Assembly: GCA_037045245.1 (NCBI GenBank)
Contig: JBAOHR010000007.1
Location: 860,604 to 924,603, forward strand
DNA: 64,000 bases
Reading direction: 5' to 3'
DNA from: Gemmatimonadales bacterium
Lineage (GTDB): Bacteria > Gemmatimonadota > Gemmatimonadetes > Gemmatimonadales > GWC2-71-9
Under the pieces are notes generated by a model. The model did not search any database and had not been told where the DNA came from. It saw nothing but the letters and a program-made list of their open reading frames with translations. Each line of letters opens with the position of its first letter. Positions within the stretch are counted from its first letter, which is position 1. Below, in pieces: positions 58,151 to 64,000 of this stretch. Position numbers and translations under genes: made by a program.

Positions 58151-59186
58151 TTAACCCCTCCAGACATGGGCGGTGGAAGCGTCAAAGTACGATATCGACA
58201 AGGGCCGCGAGGATGGCCGCCGCGACACGACTTGGTTCGCCCGGCGACGAATCCGCAAATTGTCCGGTGAGAAGGGGTCGCCGTACAACCCGACGCATAA
58301 CTGTTTGCACTTGTTCTTTTCAATGAGCCGGATGACGTGGTCATCGCCTGGGTCCATCGAGTGCCCGTATACATAGAGCGCCCCGGAAATCCCGAGCAGA
58401 CTCTTGTGCCCACGTACCAGATAGTCACTGTGCCGGATCTGGGCACGTTTTGCGGTGCTGTCCCCATCTGACACGTAGATCGGGTAGAGCTCCTGTTCAA
58501 GTGCGGCCCGAATCTGATCCATCAACGCTTCCTGCGTATTTCGCCACGTGTACTTCTGGACCTCGTGGCCGCCATCAAAGATGTGAAGTGCTCCGTGTAG
58601 ATAGAACATCTTCTGGTTGTACGAATTTTCCATTTCCCACGTTACGTAGGGCGCGGGTCCATCTTCGGGAGTTCTAAACCCATCGCTAAACTCTAGGTTC
58701 GGCAAAATCTCCGTCTGCATGACCGTCCAGTACAGCAGGAGGTCATAGTTGAGTGTGTAGACGTCGTTGAACCTCGACAGAAAGCGGCGAGCGTACCCGT
58801 ACTCCGCCGCGGAGACCTCCGACGGACGGCTCGGATGCCTCCTCCCGAGGGTTTGGACGAGCACTTCTTTGAGTGCAGCGGCATCCCTACGAAGGATCGT
58901 GATGACGTCCTGCTGCCCAGGAAGGTATTCCTCAAGAATTTTCGCAGCTGACCTGCAGGCCACGCATAACGGTTTCAAAATTTTGGGTTTGGAGAAGGTC
59001 AAATGCTCGGCGCCCGTGTGCACTCAATCTCTCAAAGTTTGCCTGTTCATAGAGTGCACCGTAGGCAAATACATCATCTCGCCAAGCTCGACTGAAGCCG
59101 TTGCCAAGAAGTAAGTGCCGCTTCTTTTGATCTGGCTCTAGCGCGATGGCGTCCTCAAATGAGATCACATCAAAGCTCTCACTCAT
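58151..59186 (-). pseudogene. DUF4917 / SIR2_2-like protein, one frame change
   Basis: The ATG at 59186 (MSESFDVISF..) overlaps the HNH stop (ATGA). HLLLGNGFSRAW is in the 58932..59213 frame. VYTLNYDLLLYW, FYLHGALHIF and YVYGHSM are in the 58151..59023 frame. The switch lies between 58935 and 59020. Confidence 0.7.
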
Positions 59187-59959
59187 CTCGCTACCATCCT
59201 GATGCGGTGCCATTCAAGGTATGGTCCATGCCCGGCACGAAGTCCTTGAATGCTATGACTGCCAGTCAGACCCAGCACCCGCCGCTCCAACTCACCCAGC
59301 CTCTCGGACACCAACACTTCGCCACCCCCCCCAATTCCAATTAACCCCGCATCGAACGCCGCATCTAGGTGTGCCGCCAACAACAGCCCGTTGTGCACAT
59401 CGAGCCGCTCGGCGTCGGTGCAGTCCTTCCACGGCTTGGCATGGCTGGCGCGGAGCAGCTCCCGCTGAGACACCCCGGTAATCGCGCACCGCCCGCCCCA
59501 ATATTTCTCCAAGGCATCGCGAAACAGATCCTGCCCAACGCGCTGCTTGACCTCCGCAACCCGCTCTGTGGTCCGCGGGCCAGGCATGGAGGCAAGCGTC
59601 GCCTCCACCTCTTGCTCCCATCGCTGTTGCGGTTGGTTCGGCAGCACTTGCCCGAGGAGAGCGATTCGGCGTAGCAAGGCGTCGAGGGCCCGGTCACCGT
59701 GGCAGGCCCATGCCGCCGCCGCGCCATCGGGCATTGGACCTTCCAGGGACGCGCACCCATCAACGGGCCCAACCTCGGCCACAAGCGCCCATGGGCCCGA
59801 TGCGACGATGTGATTGTTGCCGTCCCCTGCCAACCAGACGCTCGCCAAGTTGCCCGCCGCGCCGAATCCGAGCCAGCCACTTCCGGCCGGCACAGGAAGG
59901 TTGAATCCAGCGTCGTTGGCCCTCATCCGAAGCAGAGTGTTGTCGCGATAGGAAGTCAT
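59183..59959 (-). CDS. HNH endonuclease (HNH_2 type), probable nuclease partner of the methyltransferase
   Basis: The ATG at 59959 shares one base with the MTase stop (TGATG). The motif is RVGQDLFRDALEKYWGGRCAITGVSQRELLRASHAKPW...ERLDVHNGLLLAAHLDAAFDAGLI. Confidence 0.8.
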   Translation of the reverse strand: MTSYRDNTLLRMRANDAGFNLPVPAGSGWLGFGAAGNLASVWLAGDGNNHIVASGPWALVAEVGPVDGCASLEGPMPDGAAAAWACHGDRALDALLRRIALLGQVLPNQPQQRWEQEVEATLASMPGPRTTERVAEVKQRVGQDLFRDALEKYWGGRCAITGVSQRELLRASHAKPWKDCTDAERLDVHNGLLLAAHLDAAFDAGLIGIGGGGEVLVSERLGELERRVLGLTGSHSIQGLRAGHGPYLEWHRIRMVAR

Positions 59960-62900
59960 CAGGCTGTCCCGATCAGCCGGTCCCACGCCTCGAGGACGAG
60001 GCGGCGGGTGCGGTACTCGCCAAAGGCGCGAGCTTCCTGGGCCCTTAAGGATCGAAACGTCTCCGTGGGATAGCCATCACCCTTCGCGGCCTCCGGGTCC
60101 AGAATGAAGAGCAGATCACTCCGCGACAATCCGTATAGTTTTGCGACGTACACATCAAGTTCCGCGCGCACGGTTGCGGCGGCTGACTGTTCAAGGGTTC
60201 CGGAAGGGGGTTGCAGCCCGAGTTCGGTCGCCAACTCGAGCGAGAATGCGAAGCTCCGACCCTCGCCGGGCCCGACGAGGGCTAGCACCCGTCGCCCAAG
60301 GTCCACCGCAATTGATGCGTTCACTTGACTGGGCGTTGGGATTGCAATCTGACGCATCGTAAAGAACTTGAACGCCGTTCCTCCGACCTTTTGTCGGGCG
60401 ACATAGTCGGCGGTGAGGGAATTCAGAATGGCCAACAGACATCCAGACTGGAGGACGGAGCCCGAAGGAAACATCAACAGGAACTTGTCTCCTACACCGT
60501 ACCGTGGGATTACTGCAGAGATTAGTGTCCTTTTGTCTGTGGCCCGGGCGATATCCCGCCAGCCCAACAACCACGGCCGGTCCCACCCCTTGGCGTTGAG
60601 TCGCGCCTCAACCTCTTCCTGCGGCACCCAATAGCGCGGGCGCACCTCGAAGTTCGGATCCCGCTTCTCCTCGGCGGTGACGTTCCGGGCAGCGTCTTCA
60701 TCGGCACCAGTATACGTGGCCCATCGATGATCGTATTGATGGATCATTTTGGCCTCGTACAACGGCAGTAGGCCCGGCCCGGGGGCTGTCTCAAACAGCC
60801 CCGAATCGCTAGTCATGTTGAACAACCCCTGCCGGAACTGGATCCCCCGAAGCGTTCCCATCCTCCCTCGTCTCATCCCAGAGCACGGGGACATTGCGAT
60901 AGATCTTGGCAGTGAGCTCGGCGTCGGCCTTCGAGCGGAAGATTGGCGCGGTTCCGGTGTTTGGATTGAGGCGCTTCAGGTCTTCGGCCGTGAGAGTGAA
61001 GCGGCGCCTTTCATCGAAGCGCTGCTCCGCCTGAGAAAGGAAGAAGGCGAAGGTTGGCTCTGCGAGGCGCCCGATCGTGAGCAAGCAAAACTTGAAGCTC
61101 CGGTGCACGCCCTGAAAAAGCGCCTCCCGATTCTCGAAATCGATGAGCGACGCCAATCGCCCATCAGCCACGTGCCGGAAGAAGGGTGCTGTCCCGGCGT
61201 CACTGGCGATGCCTGAGGGGAGAACCAGCCCTGCCCGACCATCACGGTGGACGAGCTGCAGCGCGACTTCTGCAAACAGGGCGTACAAATTGACGATCCC
61301 ATTGCCGGTCAGCGGGAAACGCCGACCACCACGCGCATACGAGCTCGTCGCCTCGGAGAGGTGGCTCGCCGCCTGATAGGCCTGAAACAGGCGCCATCCC
61401 GGCGAGTCGATTGGCTCATGCTGCAGCGCCTGGATCATTCGGTCGCGAATGGCCCCGGTCGCCGCCTGCGCAATCGCAGGAGCCCGCACGCTGAAGAACT
61501 CAGTGTCGTTCAACGTGACCTTCTCCCACGGGGGATTCCCCACGACGCAATCGAAGCCGCCTCGAGCCATGATTGGGGCGAAGGTGATCGGCCAGTGGAG
61601 GAACGGAACGGACGCCGCTACCTCCGCCACCATCGTTCGCATCGCCTCAGGGACCGCCACACCAACCCCAAGATTTCGGAGCGTCCCCGTCGTTGGGAAG
61701 TGCTGGCGCGTGCGATCGTCTTTGCGAAGGATGAATGCCGCCACGTAGGCATCGCACGCGAATCGGAAATCGGTGTCCTGAGCAGCACGAGCTCCTGCCA
61801 GTGCCGCTTCCTTCGCGGCGACCTCGCTTAGCGTGCCATCGGGCATCGCCTCCAGTGCCGTTAGCGTGGCAGTCCAGGCGGATTGGTCAAACGTCAAGGC
61901 AAACTGGCCCGCTCCCCTCTCGCGCTCCAAGTCACGGCGCTCGCCACGGTTTCGCGTCTTCAACGCCGTAGCTGCGGCCCGGTCGTCCCCGGTGAGCGGC
62001 GTGAATGCCTCGTCTGGGATCCCTTCCGCGAGTACCGCCGGGTCATGGATACCGAGGATGCCATCGCCGTGCACGAGGTGATGCGCCAGGAACGCCAAAG
62101 GCTTCCCAGGCTCCATCGCCTCGAGCCAGAGAGCGATCCGCGCCAGCTCCACGGCCATTGGATTCTTGTCGACGCCGTAGCAGCAGCGCGAGATCACTTC
62201 GCGAAGCGCCGAGCGGAAGGCCTGCGGACCTGGCGTTCCATCGCTCCGGAGCTTCGCCAGATGTCCAGCAATCCGCCGCGCCGCGCCGAGCAGAAAGTGC
62301 CCACTTCCCATGGCTGGATCGAGAATCGAGAGGCTTAAGAGGGCGTGCTCAGGGTCGTCCGCAGCCAATGCCCGATCGATGAGGGGATCGAGAGCGGAAT
62401 CGAGCAGCGCCTGCACTAGGGAATCAGGGGTGTAATAGCTCCCCGTCAACCTCCTCGCCGTACCTTGCCCAGCTGCGGCGACGGCCAGTGGCGCATTCGG
62501 ATCAGGATCGCCCACGAAGCCAAATCGCTGGGCCCCGTCGTGAACTTCCGGGACGAGCTCGAGCAACGACTCGTAGACACTCCCCAACTCTTCAGTCCCC
62601 ATGTCGCGCCAGTTTACGCGCACCAGCGCGTTCCCCTCGGTCAGCCACGTGAGCCGGAACACCGCCTGCAATAGCGCGTGATTGGGGAGCCTGACGCCCT
62701 CAAGGTCCGGACACTGACTTGCCTCGAAGAGGCCGCCAAGCCCGGGAAGCGCCAGTCGCGGCTCGCCGGCAGCGCATCCCCGAAACGTCTGCTGCAGCCC
62801 GTCCCAGGCATCATCGTGACGATCGTGCGAGCGCCGCCGAACCGCCCGCTCCCGCAGACGGCGGAGACTGTAGCCGTCCCGGTAGGTCGCCAGCGCTGCC

Positions 62901-63835
62901 TCCGCGCTTCCCGGGGGGTGCAGGAGTTCGCGCTCCTCGGCGACGAGAAGGAAGATCAGGCGGTAGACCAACCGGAGGAGCTGCTGCTCATAGCCCGCGG
63001 CATCGAGAGCACCGCTGGTAAGCGCCTCCCTCAGCACGGCGTTTCCGGGATGCGCCAGGAAGCCATTCCCTAGAGCGCGGAGTGCCTCCTCGACACCATC
63101 GCGCAACCGGTCCCGTGCCGCCGTGCCAGACTCGAGCGATTTGCCCCGCCACTGCTCAAGGATGGCTTCGTGCGGAGGAGCGTCCGCAGTCCCGAACCGT
63201 GACTCGTGCAACAGCAACCAGAGAAGCGAAAAATCGGCGTACCGCTGTTCACCGAAGATTCGGGCAAGGTCGACCTCGATCCACGCCGGTCGGGTCAGCG
63301 AAGCATTGTCCCGCACCAATCGAAGCACCTGCCCGTTCGTGGCGACACCCCACAAGGCCGATTGCTGAGCGTTCAGATACTCCTGGACCAGCCCGAACGC
63401 CGAGCGCCGCTTGGTCCCATCGCCGAAGCGGACGTCCCCAGCGTCGAGGTCCTGTTGCCCGGGTGCGACGACCAGCGGAACCCGGCCCCCAACCCCGACC
63501 GCGGTTAGGAGAAAGCCCCGATCCTCAACAATCATCGGACTCGTCATCCGAACCAAGGAACCCCATCCGAAGGCCTCCGTGAGCATCGCCATCACGGCCC
63601 GCTGACGCCCCTCAGTCTGAGGCCCGGCAGCTTCGACGTCCCGCCAATGTGCTTCGGCGATGCGCCATGCTCGGCCGATTTCGTCGCGAATCTGCAAACC
63701 GCGGGGCAACTGGTACGCGTCAGCGGTCTGCTGACCAGCCTCAAGGCTGGCGACCTGGGCGAGGAAGTCTGCGCTCAGTAGCCCGCCCTCGAGCGAGATG
63801 GACTCAAAGGCGAGCTGTGGACGGCGCCGACTCAT
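59959..63835 (-). pseudogene. Eco57I / type IIG-like N6-adenine DNA methyltransferase (~1290 aa) with large N-terminal domain and TaqI-like specificity region, one frame change
   Basis: The ATG at 63835 overlaps the upstream stop (ATGA). SAM motif ILDPAMGSGHFL and catalytic motif VVGNPPWEK. N-terminal ALWGVATNGQVLRLVRDN. The C-terminal part LPLYEAKMIHQYDHRWA.. is in track ORF 59959..60894. The frame switch lies between 60809 and 60894, next to a GGGGG run. Confidence 0.85.
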
Positions 63836-64000
63836 GAGCCCGCCACGGGGAGAAGGATCCATGCCCCGACAACGTCGACCGGCTCCTTGGCCAGCACCGA
63901 ATAGGTCCCTCGAGCCCGCGCCGCGTCACGGACGCGCCGGTGATCCGCCAGCAGCGCTTCAGCGCGGCGTTTCGCAACATCGCCCAATGCCTGCTGGAAG
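63832..64000 (-). CDS. 3' end of an upstream gene of the same operon (partial)
   Basis: An open frame runs to the window edge: ..FQQALGDVAKRRAEALLADHRRVRDAARARGTYSVLAKEPVDVVGAWILLPVAGS-stop. The stop overlaps the MTase ATG. Identity unknown. Confidence 0.4.
   Translation of the reverse strand, partial: FQQALGDVAKRRAEALLADHRRVRDAARARGTYSVLAKEPVDVVGAWILLPVAGS

Noticed and set aside
1-64000. rRNA, tRNA, tmRNA, riboswitches and integrase/att sites.
   Set aside because: I could not recognise any by eye. In particular there is no cloverleaf-like sequence at the 45-47.8 kb compositional boundary. A tRNAscan/Infernal run is needed to be sure.

Overview
64-kb window from a very GC-rich bacterial chromosome. 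The gene content is rich in Ser/Thr kinases, BlaR1-HEAT and PEP-CTERM proteins and looks Gemmatimonadota- or Acidobacteriota-like, but that is inference only. I recognised no rRNA, tRNA or CRISPR array.

Layout:
- 1-17.5 kb: intact chromosomal genes. These are a deoxyhypusine-synthase-like protein, two Hanks kinases, a Big_2 lipoprotein, an HhH-GPD glycosylase, MliC, an EEP nuclease/phosphatase, an OYE reductase, MarR, a Tat multicopper oxidase and a TetR-HlyD-ABC-ABC2 efflux operon.
- 17.6-24 kb: tandem WYL regulators plus a DUF4160/DUF2442 pair, divergent from a ~1135-aa nuclease / RNase-H-like / SF1 helicase gene.
- 24-47 kb: accessory genes (poly-Pro metalloprotease lipoprotein, kinase-TPR, BlaI/BlaR1-HEAT, HEAT, DUF5916-like, PEP-CTERM, RAYT transposase, PhnA, VOC, AraC, flavin monooxygenase, beta-propeller). 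They sit in extraordinarily repeat-dense intergenic DNA, with tandem heptamer arrays arranged as nested palindromes, two palindromic MITE/REP-like families and a REP/BIME array beside the RAYT.
- About 47-64 kb: a visibly less GC-rich, all-minus-strand defence island. It holds a type IIG/Eco57I-like N6A methyltransferase, HNH, a SIR2-like DUF4917 protein, an NDT/TIR-fold protein, a HEPN-like protein, GmrSD, PD-(D/E)xK nucleases and a UDG-fold protein, most of them start/stop coupled.

The most novel-looking unit is the coupled SIR2-like / NDT-fold / HEPN-like cassette at 56.5-59.2 kb.

Caveat: many genes beyond 23 kb need one or more frame changes to be read through. These are real pseudogenes or assembly indels; I cannot tell which. 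All family names come from motif recognition by eye, not from searches.
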